Source of the DNA: an uncultured Candidatus Saccharibacteria bacterium
Lineage (GTDB): Bacteria; Patescibacteriota; Minisyncoccia; UBA6257; GWB1-50-10
Length of the DNA: 53,674 bases
Direction: 5' to 3'
Assembly: GCA_964372445.1 (NCBI GenBank)
Contig: CAYJQO010000001.1
Span: forward strand, 1-53,674
The position numbers and the translations under genes are program-made. The notes under the pieces were generated by a model that was given only the letters and a program-made list of their open reading frames with translations, searched no databases and was not told where the DNA came from. Below, piece after piece: positions 43,835 through 53,360 of the stretch (position 1 is the stretch's first letter; each line of letters opens with the position of its first letter).

Positions 43835-46451
43835 CTTTGACGTCCCCGCGCACCAGCCGGTCGGCGAGCGCATCGACGATCACCTTCTGGATGAGCCGCT
43901 TGATCGGGCGGGCGCCGTAGTCCGGATCGAAGCCATGCTCGACGAGGTAGGCCTTTACCTCCGGCCGCACGTTCAGGAGGATCCCCTTCTTCTCGAGCCG
44001 CTCCTCAAGCCGGGTGAGCTGGATATCGACGATTTTGGCAATGTGCGCCGGGGTGAGCACGTTGAAGATAACAATCTCATCGAGACGGTTCAGGAACTCG
44101 GGGCGGAAGGTCTCCCGGAGCGCCTCCATCACCTTATCACGGAACTGTTCCTCCTTTGATTTGAGCTCCTCCCGGTCGGCGGCGCCGAACCCGAGCCGGG
44201 ACAGCTCTTGGAAGTAGTGGCTGCCCACGTTTGAGGTAAGAATGATGACGGCGTTCTTGAAGTTCACCATCCGCCCCTTCCCGTCAGTCAAGCGTCCGTT
44301 GTCCAGCACCTGGAGGAGAATATTGAACACCTCGGGATGTGCCTTCTCCACCTCATCAAAGAGAATGAGGCTGTAGGGGCGGTGGCGAACCAGTTCGGTG
44401 AGCTGGCCGCCTTCCTCGTAACCCACGTAGCCGGGTGGGGAGCCGATCAGGCGCGCCACGGTGTGGCGCTCCATGTACTCGGACATGTCCACCCGAATCA
44501 ACGCTTTCTCGTCATTGAACATGAATTCGGCGAGCGTCCGGGCAAGCTCGGTTTTCCCTACCCCCGTGGGACCCAGGAACATGAAGGACCCGGCAGGGCG
44601 ATCCTCGTCGGCGAGGCCGGTGCGTGAACGCCGCAGGGCACGGCTCACCCCCCCGATCGCTTCCTCCTGGCCAACCACGCGCTCTCGCAGCACGTTCTCG
44701 ATGCGGGAGAGCTTGTGCAGCTCGGTCTCGAGCATGCGGGCGACCGGGATACCGGTCCACCGCCACACCACCGCGGCGATGTCATCTTCCTCAACGGTTT
44801 CCCGAATGAACCGCTCGCCTGCCACCTTGGGCTGCCGCCTTTTGCCACGCTTCGTAGCTCCCGTGCCTGCCCGCCGCTGCTGCTGCTCGAAGGAATGGTA
44901 CTCTTTCTCGGCTGCGGGCAGCTCGCCGTAGCGAATTTGGGCCACCCGCTCGAGTTCACCGGCCCGCTCGGCGATCTCTGACTCACGGTGGAGGTCATCC
45001 ATGCGCTTGCGGAGCCCGTGGAACTTTTCGAACGTTGCCTTCTCGGCTTGCCACCGCTTGGACATCACCTCGGCTTCTGCCTTGAGCCCGGAGAGCAGCT
45101 TCTCCACTTCCCGGAGGCGCGCGGTTTTCTTGCCCTTCACGCTCTCCTTCGCGAGCGCGGATCGTTCAATCTCAAGGCGCGTGAGCTCCTTCCGCAGATG
45201 CTCAAGCTCTCCCGGCACGCTGTCAGACTCAAGCCGGCGCGCGGCTGCTGCCTCGTCGATGAGGTCCACCGCCTTATCCGGCAGGAACCGATCGGTAATG
45301 TATCGGGCGCTCAGGTTTACCGCCGCCACGATCGCCTCATCCGTGATCTTGAGACCATGGTGCATCTCGTACTTCTCCTTGAGCCCGCGGAGGATCGCCA
45401 CGGAGTCCTCAATGGACGGCTCGTCAACTATGATCGGCTGGAGCCGGCGCTCGAGCGCCGCGTCCTTCTCGATATGCTTCTGGTACTCCTTGAGGGTGGT
45501 GGCGCCAATCGCGTGGAGCTCGCCCCGCGAGAGCGCGGGTTTTAAGATGTTCGCGGCATCAATCGCACCCTCGGCAGCCCCCGCACCCACAATCATGTGA
45601 ATCTCGTCGATGAAGAGGATGATGCGCCCCGACGCCTGCTCGATCTCGCGGAGGAACGCCTTGAGCCGGTCTTCGAATTCGCCGCGGAACTTCGTCCCGG
45701 CGATCAGAGCTCCGAGGTCGAGCGCCACAATTTCCCGCTTCTTGAGCGATTCCGGCACATCCCCCGAGACAATGCGCTGCGCCAATCCTTCCACGATCGC
45801 AGTTTTTCCCACGCCGGGCTCGCCGATCAGGACCGGGTTGTTCTTGGTTCTCCGGGAGAGAATCTGGGTGAGGCGGCGGAGCTCTCCCTCGCGGCCAATC
45901 ACCGGGTCAAGCTTCCCCTGGCGCGCCTTCTCGGTAAGGTTGATCGCATACTTGTCGAGCACCTGGAACTTGCTCTCGGGCGTCTCATCGGTCACCCGGG
46001 TCGAGCCGCGGAGCTCCGCAAGCGCCCGGAGGAGCACCTCGCGCCGCACCCCGAAACGTACGAGGAGCTCCTGCGCCGCAGAGGGCACGTTGGCAATGGC
46101 AAGCACGATGTGCTCACACGAAATGAACTCATCCTTGTGCCGCTGGGCAACCTCCGCTGCCTGGTCGAGGATCCGCATGAGCTCCTGGGAGAGGTAGAGC
46201 TGTGAGACGTTCCCACCCATGGTGAAGATTTTCGGCAAACGCGTGAGCTGCCCCTCGAGCTCGCGCTCGAGGGCGCCGAGGTTCACCCCTCCCTTCAAGA
46301 GCAGCGGGCGTACGAGCGTAGCCTCATCACCGAGGAGCGCCGCCAGGAGATGGAGTGCCTTCACCTCGCCGTGCTGGTAGCGACCGACGAGCTCCTGGGC
46401 ACTCTGGAGCGCCTCCTGAGCCTTAATGGTGAAACGGTGGAAGTTAGGCAT
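43776..46451 (-). CDS. clpB: ATP-dependent disaggregase ClpB
   Basis: 891 aa. Two AAA+ modules (GEPGVGKT and GPTGVGKT Walker A motifs), a long middle coiled-coil, and a Clp N-domain. Confidence 0.96.
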   Translation of the reverse strand: MPNFHRFTIKAQEALQSAQELVGRYQHGEVKALHLLAALLGDEATLVRPLLLKGGVNLGALERELEGQLTRLPKIFTMGGNVSQLYLSQELMRILDQAAEVAQRHKDEFISCEHIVLAIANVPSAAQELLVRFGVRREVLLRALAELRGSTRVTDETPESKFQVLDKYAINLTEKARQGKLDPVIGREGELRRLTQILSRRTKNNPVLIGEPGVGKTAIVEGLAQRIVSGDVPESLKKREIVALDLGALIAGTKFRGEFEDRLKAFLREIEQASGRIILFIDEIHMIVGAGAAEGAIDAANILKPALSRGELHAIGATTLKEYQKHIEKDAALERRLQPIIVDEPSIEDSVAILRGLKEKYEMHHGLKITDEAIVAAVNLSARYITDRFLPDKAVDLIDEAAAARRLESDSVPGELEHLRKELTRLEIERSALAKESVKGKKTARLREVEKLLSGLKAEAEVMSKRWQAEKATFEKFHGLRKRMDDLHRESEIAERAGELERVAQIRYGELPAAEKEYHSFEQQQRRAGTGATKRGKRRQPKVAGERFIRETVEEDDIAAVVWRWTGIPVARMLETELHKLSRIENVLRERVVGQEEAIGGVSRALRRSRTGLADEDRPAGSFMFLGPTGVGKTELARTLAEFMFNDEKALIRVDMSEYMERHTVARLIGSPPGYVGYEEGGQLTELVRHRPYSLILFDEVEKAHPEVFNILLQVLDNGRLTDGKGRMVNFKNAVIILTSNVGSHYFQELSRLGFGAADREELKSKEEQFRDKVMEALRETFRPEFLNRLDEIVIFNVLTPAHIAKIVDIQLTRLEERLEKKGILLNVRPEVKAYLVEHGFDPDYGARPIKRLIQKVIVDALADRLVRGDVKDGKKVHVSLSKEHRVEISV

Positions 46452-46557
46452 GAAGATAATCGTTTCTCCTAGTGTGCAAAAAAATCCGCGTTAAATCAAG
46501 TTGCCGCACGAGCGCTACGGATGGCGCAAGGTCCGGCAGCTATGCCCGGGCACTCCC

Positions 46558-47820
46558 CTACTCGCTGGTCGGCCGCTCCCCAAGTTTGACCGTGAGGGTG
46601 AGTGTGTCCTTGCCCCGCTGCACCTTGAGCGTAAGCGTGTCGCCAATCGAGCGCTCCTGCACGACCGACCCGATGGTAGCGCTGCCTTCAACCTTCTTGC
46701 CGTTCACCTCAAGTATAATGTCTTCTGCCTTGAGACCGGCTTTCTCCGCCGGCGAACCGGGGATCACGCCAGGGCCATCCTCCGTGCCGCGAATGAGCGC
46801 ACCGTAGGCTACGGGGAGCTGCTGCCGCTTGGCGAACTCATCGGTAACCATGAGGTACCGAATGCCCAGGTAGGGCGTCTTGATTTTGCCGGTCTGCCGT
46901 ACCGAATCGATCGCCCGCTTCGCTCGGTTGATAGGTATGGCGAAGCCGATGTTCTGGGCGCCGGCCGCAATAGCAGTATTAATACCGATTACCTCCCCCC
47001 TCAAATTCAGGAGCGGACCGCCGGAGTTGCCCGGATTGATCGCCGCATCGGTCTGGATCACCCCCTGGATGGTTTCTGAACCAATCCCCTGCCCCGAGGC
47101 CGTGATGTCCCGCGCGAGGCCAGAGATGACGCCGACGGAGACTGTGTTCCGAAACTCCCCCAGCGAGTTCCCGATGGCAATCGCCGTCTGGCCGAGCTTA
47201 ACCGCGTCTGAGTTCCCGAGCTTCGCCGCGGGGGCACCGCTCATGGCAACTTTGATAACCGCGAGGTCCTGGACCGGGTCACGGGCGAGCACTTTCGCGG
47301 TGTACTTCTTCCCGTCGTTCGTGAGCACGGTGTACTCTGCGGCTGCGTCGGTGACCACATGCCTATTGGTGAGGATGAGCCCGTCCGAGGAGATGAGGAA
47401 GCCGCTGCCGCCCCCCACCTCCTGCTTCTTCGTGCCCTTCTGGCAGGGTTGCAAAAATTCAAAGCCGCCTCCAAAGAAATCACGGAATTGCGGTGGCACG
47501 TCGCCAAAGGGATCGTAGGGACACTGCTCAATGATCGGGAGGTCTTTGGAGATGACAATGGAAACCACAGAGGGAGCCGCCTCCTCGACCGCTTGCACGA
47601 TCGCCTGCTCGTAGTCAACTGCCGGCTGGTAGAGTGTGGCCTGGCGCTCCGGACGCGGCAACGCGGGAGCAACCGGAGCCGTTGAGGTCGGAGCACCACG
47701 GAGAAAATTCAGCACGTCATCCCAAACGGAAGCGCTCGCGAAGCGCGCGGCCACCGCAGAGCCCACCACGCCCCCGATCAGGGACGATGCGATGACGATG
47801 GAGAGCAGCTTCTTCGACAT
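46558..47820 (-). CDS. htrA: HtrA/DegP-family serine protease with PDZ domain
   Basis: N-terminal TM segment, trypsin-like core with GNSGGPLLN, C-terminal PDZ. Confidence 0.92.
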   Translation of the reverse strand: MSKKLLSIVIASSLIGGVVGSAVAARFASASVWDDVLNFLRGAPTSTAPVAPALPRPERQATLYQPAVDYEQAIVQAVEEAAPSVVSIVISKDLPIIEQCPYDPFGDVPPQFRDFFGGGFEFLQPCQKGTKKQEVGGGSGFLISSDGLILTNRHVVTDAAAEYTVLTNDGKKYTAKVLARDPVQDLAVIKVAMSGAPAAKLGNSDAVKLGQTAIAIGNSLGEFRNTVSVGVISGLARDITASGQGIGSETIQGVIQTDAAINPGNSGGPLLNLRGEVIGINTAIAAGAQNIGFAIPINRAKRAIDSVRQTGKIKTPYLGIRYLMVTDEFAKRQQLPVAYGALIRGTEDGPGVIPGSPAEKAGLKAEDIILEVNGKKVEGSATIGSVVQERSIGDTLTLKVQRGKDTLTLTVKLGERPTSE

Positions 47821-47850
47821 AGCGGTACGGAAACTGGAATGGGCGCGGCG

Positions 47851-48621
47851 CTACCTGATCTCGTACCGGAGCGTCACCTCCACGGTAACCTCTTGGGAAC
47901 CGGGTTCGATGGTCGGAACCGGCATGCTATCCCCGCCACCCTTCCCGTAGGCCTCGGCGTAGTACGGGATCGGGCGTACCCCACCTTCGTCAATGCCGAG
48001 GAGCCGCCCCAGGCTAAAGCCAGCTGCGCGGGAGACCGTGCGCGCCTGCTCCTGGGCCTTCCCGATTGCCTCCGCACGGGCCCTGGATTCAAGTGCAGTA
48101 GGATCATCCACGGTGAAGGAGAGGGACGACACCGAGTTAGCTCCCTCCTTCACGACGCCACCGAGGAGGTTGCCGATCTTCGCGAAATCACGCACCGTCA
48201 CCTGCACGGACTGGGTGACCGTGTAGCCGACGATCTCCGGCGGCGGACACGGGCTCACCGCGCCTTCCCGCGGGCAGCTGTAGTACTGGTAGCGCGGTTC
48301 GATCTGGTAGCTCAAGGTCTTGATGTCCTTGGCTTCGACCTGCAACGATTTCACGAACTCAATGCCGCGGTTTACCTTGGCCGTATTCTCCTCTTGGACG
48401 CGGGCAACGTCGGTCCCGCCCTCCGTGACCACGCTAAAGGTGAACCGCGCCACGTCGGGCACCGCAACCACTCTTCCCTCGCCCGTGACCGAGAAGCTCC
48501 GGAATGATGAGGGTTGGATAGCATCACCGTAGGAGCGGACGTAGGACCACGCCGAGGCGCCAACCGCGAGAATGCCGATGGTGATGGCCACGCCGAGCAC
48601 GTTCCTGATGGTGGTGTTCAT
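47851..48621 (-). CDS. SIMPL (DUF541) domain secreted protein
   Basis: N-terminal TM/signal segment. Overall pattern of 26-kDa periplasmic immunogenic protein-like sequences. Recognised by pattern only. Confidence 0.8.
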   Translation of the reverse strand: MNTTIRNVLGVAITIGILAVGASAWSYVRSYGDAIQPSSFRSFSVTGEGRVVAVPDVARFTFSVVTEGGTDVARVQEENTAKVNRGIEFVKSLQVEAKDIKTLSYQIEPRYQYYSCPREGAVSPCPPPEIVGYTVTQSVQVTVRDFAKIGNLLGGVVKEGANSVSSLSFTVDDPTALESRARAEAIGKAQEQARTVSRAAGFSLGRLLGIDEGGVRPIPYYAEAYGKGGGDSMPVPTIEPGSQEVTVEVTLRYEIR

Positions 48622-48705
48622 GGATTCATTGTAACGCGCGGCTCCCGTTCTGCAACTCGCGCCGCGCGCAACCTCACACGGTGGTACGAGGCTTAGCCAG
48701 TTTCG

Positions 48706-50076
48706 TTACGTCGAGTGCAACACCCGCTTGAGCCGTCGCACAGCCGTCACGAGCTCCGCGCGCGTGGTCGGCCTCCCGAGGCTGAGCCGGAGGCTCGAGC
48801 GGATGTGCCCAGGTGCGCAGCCAAGCGCCATGAGCACATGCGATGGCTTCGTGGTCCGGGCCGCGCACGCCGACCCAGACGCAGTCGCCACACCCACGAG
48901 GTCAAGCTTGATGAGCAGGTCTTGGCTACTCTCGCCTGGGATGGAAATGTTGAGTACGTTGGGGAGGGAGTTCCCATCGCCGGGCTCGCAGCCGTTCACA
49001 GCTGTCCCCGGAGCTATGCGCGCGATTTCGTGCCAGAGGTGTCGCCGCAGGGCGGCAACCCGCCTGGCCTCCCGATCCTGTCGCGCAGCGACGAGCCGGG
49101 CAGCCTCCGCGAACCCGACGATCGAGGCAACATGCTCGGTCCCGGAGCGCAACCCGAACTCCTGGCCGCCACCAGTAATAATGGGGTGTAGGGTATAGCC
49201 ACTAGGGTTTAGGTCTTTTTTACTAGACCCTACACCCTGAACCCTAGACCCCACGTACAGAGCGCCTATTCCTTTCGGTCCGTAGATCTTGTGCGCCGAG
49301 AGGGTCATGAGGTCTACGCCGAGACGCTTCACGTCACAGCTGAGGTACTGGAACGCCTGTACGGCATCAGTGTGGAGGAGCGGGTAGCCATCCGCCGTTC
49401 CCTGGTCCTGCCGGAACTCTTTGATGATTCGAGCAATCTCGGCGATGGGTTGGACCGTGCCGATCTCGTTGTTCGCGTACATCACCGAGACGAGCACCAC
49501 TCGCTCGTTGATCGCCGACCGGAGCGCCACGAGGTCAACGAACCCGCGCCGATCGACCGGAAGGTAGTGAATCTCCACACCACCATCTCGCTCCAAATCT
49601 TTCACTGTCTCGAGCACCGATTCATGTTCGATAGCTGAAACGATAATACCCACAGGCACTCCTGAGAGCCAACGGCGCGGCCGATTCGAGGAAGCTGGCG
49701 GAGCACCGGTGGGCTCGGTCCCACCTCCGGCGGGCCGCCGGTACGAGCCCGCAGGCCGCGGCTCGCCGCTGGAGCGAGCCGACGGCCGGTCCTGAGGAAC
49801 GGCTGTGCCGTTGGCAAATACCTGCCGCACCACGCCACGGAGTGCCAAGTTGTTCGCCTCCGTGGCCGATCCCGTGAACACCACCTCCCTGAAGTCCCCG
49901 CCGATGAGCCCGGCAATCGTTTCACGCGAGCGGTCCACGGCCGCCATGGCTCCCTGCCCAAACCGATGGAGCGAACCTGGGTTTCCGTACCGCACCGAGA
50001 GGTACGGCTCCATGACCCGGCGAACCCTCCGGTCAACTGGCGTTGTGGCAGCGTAGTCTAGGTAGATAGGTTTCAT
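48706..50076 (-). CDS. Cysteine desulfurase (class V aminotransferase, NifS/IscS-like) with two in-frame insertions
   Basis: YLDYAATTP, SAHKIYGPKGIGALYV (PLP Lys), GGGQEFGLRSGTE, ASGSACA (catalytic Cys loop). Confidence 0.9.
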   Translation of the reverse strand: MKPIYLDYAATTPVDRRVRRVMEPYLSVRYGNPGSLHRFGQGAMAAVDRSRETIAGLIGGDFREVVFTGSATEANNLALRGVVRQVFANGTAVPQDRPSARSSGEPRPAGSYRRPAGGGTEPTGAPPASSNRPRRWLSGVPVGIIVSAIEHESVLETVKDLERDGGVEIHYLPVDRRGFVDLVALRSAINERVVLVSVMYANNEIGTVQPIAEIARIIKEFRQDQGTADGYPLLHTDAVQAFQYLSCDVKRLGVDLMTLSAHKIYGPKGIGALYVGSRVQGVGSSKKDLNPSGYTLHPIITGGGQEFGLRSGTEHVASIVGFAEAARLVAARQDREARRVAALRRHLWHEIARIAPGTAVNGCEPGDGNSLPNVLNISIPGESSQDLLIKLDLVGVATASGSACAARTTKPSHVLMALGCAPGHIRSSLRLSLGRPTTRAELVTAVRRLKRVLHST

Positions 50077-50193
50077 TTGATCTTATTGATTATAGGCTGG
50101 CGGAGGAAATGTGGTATTTGACAATCGTCATTAGATATGATATGGTGTTCATTAGATAAACCACTATTTAAATAATTTATACATGGAGTTGAA

Positions 50194-50739
50194 ATGGAAT
50201 TCAGCGAAATGATCCGCCTGGTGAAAATCGGCGACTTAGCCTCCCTCGCAAATACCTTTTGGGAACCACAAACCGACTCGTCCCGAGTGTGCCTGGTCCG
50301 CTCCGTGCTCTGGAGTGATGACTGGCGGGTGCTGTTCGTCTTGAACCAAGCAGAGCCCGACAAGCAGAAGCCTCAGGGTTGGGGAATCCCCGGGGGCAAG
50401 GCAAAACCTGGGAAGACCCTCTACACCTCGGCGAATGATGAGGTCGAGGAAGAGAATAACCTCTTCACCGCGGATTTCCAGCTAGATCCAGCACCGTTCG
50501 ATGCGTATGTCCAGAGCGGACGGATCCAGGTATGGTTCTGCGGCTTCCTCCAGGAGTTCACGGAGATACCTCCTAACCCAAATGATCCGAACAAGGACAT
50601 CGTCCGAGCGGCACTGATCGACCCGTCCACCCAGATTGAAACGGTGCATGGAAAGTCAATGTTCCAGGGCGAGGAGGTATACCCTCGGCACCTTCGACAG
50701 GTGCTGCTCTCAAAAACAAGGCTGCCGGTGAGGTGCTAA
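50194..50739 (+). CDS. Nudix-fold-like protein with a degenerate Nudix box
   Basis: GGKAKPGKTLYTSANDEVEEENNL aligns to Gx5Ex7REUxEExGU, with the first E, the R and the last G replaced. GGAG lies 5 nt upstream of the ATG. AT-rich upstream region. Confidence 0.5.
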   Translation: MEFSEMIRLVKIGDLASLANTFWEPQTDSSRVCLVRSVLWSDDWRVLFVLNQAEPDKQKPQGWGIPGGKAKPGKTLYTSANDEVEEENNLFTADFQLDPAPFDAYVQSGRIQVWFCGFLQEFTEIPPNPNDPNKDIVRAALIDPSTQIETVHGKSMFQGEEVYPRHLRQVLLSKTRLPVRC

Positions 50740-50802
50740 ATAATCCACCCCCGTACCGAATTATGGTACGGGGGTGTCACGTTTCCTCGCCGCAACGGCA
50801 CC

Positions 50803-51393
50803 CTAGGCGTAGGTTGGGTGTCGCTCACGCACGTGGGCACGGTGGTTCACATAGCGGGCAAGTGCGAAGAGCACGCTCGAGAGACGATTGAGGAACGTAA
50901 GGAGTTCGGGGGTAAGCCGCCGTCGGTGGTACCGCACCGCGGCGCGCTCGGCATCTCGCGCGTAGGTCCGCGCCACGTCGAGCCGGGCAGCTAGCTCACT
51001 CCCACCGGGAATCACAAACTTGCGAAGCGGTGGCAATGTCCGATCAATATCCCGGATGGCATCCTCGAGGAACGCGGTGTGCGCGGCGGTGATCCGCGTA
51101 GCCCTCGGTGGCCTCCCCACACGCCGAGAGGCCAACGCGCCTGCGGCAACCTCCGCCTGGACGATGAAGAGCGCCTCCTGGATGCCCAGCAGCACCGCGG
51201 CAACCGAAACGGTGCCCTTCCGGTTTTTCTTCGGCACCGCGTGCTGCGCCTCGACGCGACAAAGCCCGAGCCAGGAGTTGAGGCGATCGAGCGACCCCAG
51301 AAGCTCGAAGAGCGGGTCGTCCTTCGGCATCGGCCGCCGGCCAAGGCGGCTCGTACCTCGATCCCCTTTGCCGGTGAAGAAGATGGTACGCAT
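50803..51393 (-). CDS. ATP:cob(I)alamin adenosyltransferase, PduO type
   Basis: N-terminus MRTIFFTGKGDRGTSRL matches the T(G/R)xGDxGxTSL motif. Helical bundle. Start placed at ATG 51393. Confidence 0.88.
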   Translation of the reverse strand: MRTIFFTGKGDRGTSRLGRRPMPKDDPLFELLGSLDRLNSWLGLCRVEAQHAVPKKNRKGTVSVAAVLLGIQEALFIVQAEVAAGALASRRVGRPPRATRITAAHTAFLEDAIRDIDRTLPPLRKFVIPGGSELAARLDVARTYARDAERAAVRYHRRRLTPELLTFLNRLSSVLFALARYVNHRAHVRERHPTYA

Positions 51394-51471
51394 GGTGTCT
51401 AGAACCATTGTACCCCAGGTGGGAAAACAAAAAAATCCGGGCCGAGCCCGGACCGCCAATGCTGCTAGCCC

Positions 51472-51708
51472 TTACAGGCTATTGAGGTCTTGGTCGATAG
51501 CCTGGAACTCTTGGTCGAGGTTTCCCAGGTCCACGTTCCCTGCTTCGCTCGCCATGGCTGCCGGCGAATTATTCTCTGGCGCCAGCGGAGCCACCGTATC
51601 CCCGGCCTGATCGGTATAGGTTGGTGCTGACGACTGGGAGAGCACCAACGCAACCACCCCGATCACGATCACGACGACCACGAGAACGATGATGCTGGTT
51701 TTGTTCAT
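51472..51708 (-). CDS. Small membrane-anchored protein with an acidic tail
   Basis: 78 aa. One N-terminal TM segment (IIVLVVVVIVIGVVALVL). Confidence 0.55.
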   Translation of the reverse strand: MNKTSIIVLVVVVIVIGVVALVLSQSSAPTYTDQAGDTVAPLAPENNSPAAMASEAGNVDLGNLDQEFQAIDQDLNSL

Positions 51709-51723
51709 AGAAAATAAAGTTGT

Positions 51724-52497
51724 TTATGGGCTTGTTGAAGTCGCACCCCCCCTCCCGCGGAGCTCTGCAAGCGTCGTCGCTGCCTGGTGCACCGCATCAC
51801 GCGCTGCCTTCACGGCATCCCGAACCTTTGTAAGATCGGCGTGGAGCTCCCGGCGCACGGCCCCCACGTCGGCGCGGAGGCTGTCGGAACCGCTCACCGT
51901 GATCGAGTACACCTTTCCTGACTGCGTGGTGATAGCCACGCGAGCGGCATCGATCGCGGCCTGCGCGGCAACCATCGCTGTGCGAACCGCGGAGACATTC
52001 ATGCCACCCTGCTCATTTTTTGTGGTCCGCGCCTCGATGCGGTCAAGGACCTTCTCCAGCTTGCCGAGGGCATCGGTGAGGTGGCGGAGTGTCCGCTCGT
52101 TCAAATCGTTCACCTGGCTGCCAATCCGCTCGACCACCTGCTGCTTCCGCTGGTCCTTGAGCGCCGCAAGGCGACTCTTAAGCGAGGCCTGTTCTGCCTC
52201 GATCCGGGACTTGAGCTCGGCACGCTTCGCCTCGAACTCTTCCCGGAAGGCTTCGCGGGCATCCCTGATGGCATCCCGAGTCGTGGTCGCTGAGACATCG
52301 CCCGCGCGCAGGTCGCGAACCTGCTGCTTCAGTCCCCCCCGCAGGTCGCGCAGGTCCTGCGCCGCGTCTTCCCTGAGGTCGCGAATCTGATTACGCGTAT
52401 CCCGAATCTGCCCACGGATACCTTCCGTCGTCGTCTGCGCCGAAGCGGTGCCCACGAGCACTAGGGAAACTATCGAAATAATGAACCACTTTGCCAT
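51724..52497 (-). CDS. Secreted alpha-helical/coiled-coil protein with short RDLR-type repeats
   Basis: Signal peptide ...GTASA|QTT. Repeats of IRD.R.QIRDLR / DLRDLR / VRDLR. Charged helical composition. Confidence 0.6.
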   Translation of the reverse strand: MAKWFIISIVSLVLVGTASAQTTTEGIRGQIRDTRNQIRDLREDAAQDLRDLRGGLKQQVRDLRAGDVSATTTRDAIRDAREAFREEFEAKRAELKSRIEAEQASLKSRLAALKDQRKQQVVERIGSQVNDLNERTLRHLTDALGKLEKVLDRIEARTTKNEQGGMNVSAVRTAMVAAQAAIDAARVAITTQSGKVYSITVSGSDSLRADVGAVRRELHADLTKVRDAVKAARDAVHQAATTLAELRGRGGATSTSP

Positions 52498-52598
52498 GAT
52501 GTAGCTGATACCTATTCCACGGTAGCCGGCTCTTCCCTTTCTGTCAAAGCCTGCCTGTGGACAGATGCCTCATGTGGTACGCGCCACCAGACGGTTCG

Positions 52599-53207
52599 TT
52601 ACCGCCGCATCGGGGCGGCGATCGCCTCGAGGAGCCGCACCGTATCTACCCCGAGCTCACCGTGGGGAGCGGCGCGGAGGATGAGCCGCGCAAGCTTCTT
52701 GCGGTGTCCCGGCGCCATGGGCGCCCGCTGGGCCGTCGGTTCAGACCCGGTTGGGAGCCGATCGAGCGGGAAGTACCCTATCGTCTCAACCTGGTCATCC
52801 AGGATCGTCCCTTGATCAGCGGGCTTCCGCTCGGCGACAACCAAGAAGAAGTGATCCTCGTGGAACGCTGACCCGGGACGCTCCGACGGTATGCGGATCG
52901 AAACGGCACGGGCTGGATCGACCGCTTCGCGCGAGAGCGGAAAGCCGGTTTCCTCTTGGAACTCGCGGACCGCGGTGCCAACCGTATCCCGATCCTGCGC
53001 CGCATCGAAGTGACCCATGGGCATCTTCCACGTACGCCGTTCTACGAACATGCTGCCCGTTCGCTGCTCGTTTCGCTCGCCCGCCTTCTGCAGGACAAGG
53101 AGGAGCTCCGGCGCTTTCCCCACTCGCTTCCAAACGAACGCCACGCCGGCCGAGTAGCTCACATCTGGTTCAGGTTTGAAGTTCTTGGCAATCGATGAGC
53201 TATCCAC
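52599..53207 (-). CDS. Nudix hydrolase
   Basis: Canonical Nudix box GHFDAAQDRDTVGTAVREFQEETGF. GTG start. Confidence 0.85.
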   Translation of the reverse strand: MDSSSIAKNFKPEPDVSYSAGVAFVWKRVGKAPELLLVLQKAGERNEQRTGSMFVERRTWKMPMGHFDAAQDRDTVGTAVREFQEETGFPLSREAVDPARAVSIRIPSERPGSAFHEDHFFLVVAERKPADQGTILDDQVETIGYFPLDRLPTGSEPTAQRAPMAPGHRKKLARLILRAAPHGELGVDTVRLLEAIAAPMRR

Positions 53208-53331
53208 CCACCAATGATAGCACGGGGTCCCCTGGTCGAGCGTGTCGAAGATCCTGAGCGAACGAAGTGAGTCGAAGGGTTAGGACCTGCCTGATCGGCA
53301 GGTAGGCTTGTTTGCTGGCAGGGTCATACGA

Positions 53332-53354
53332 AAGCCCCCGCTAGGCGGGGGCTT
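53332..53354 (-). terminator. Hairpin downstream of the repeat-protein gene
   Basis: 10-bp stem AAGCCCCCGC/GCGGGGGCTT with loop TAG. The following T-tract is weak (TTCGTATG). Confidence 0.5.
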
Positions 53355-53360
53355 GATAAT

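Noticed and set aside
46540-46552. Palindrome TGCCCGGGCA after htrA as a CIRCE/HrcA-type heat-shock operator for clpB
   Set aside because: It has no similarity to the TTAGCACTC-N9-GAGTGCTAA consensus. It is a loop-less 10-bp palindrome, so there is no support beyond position.
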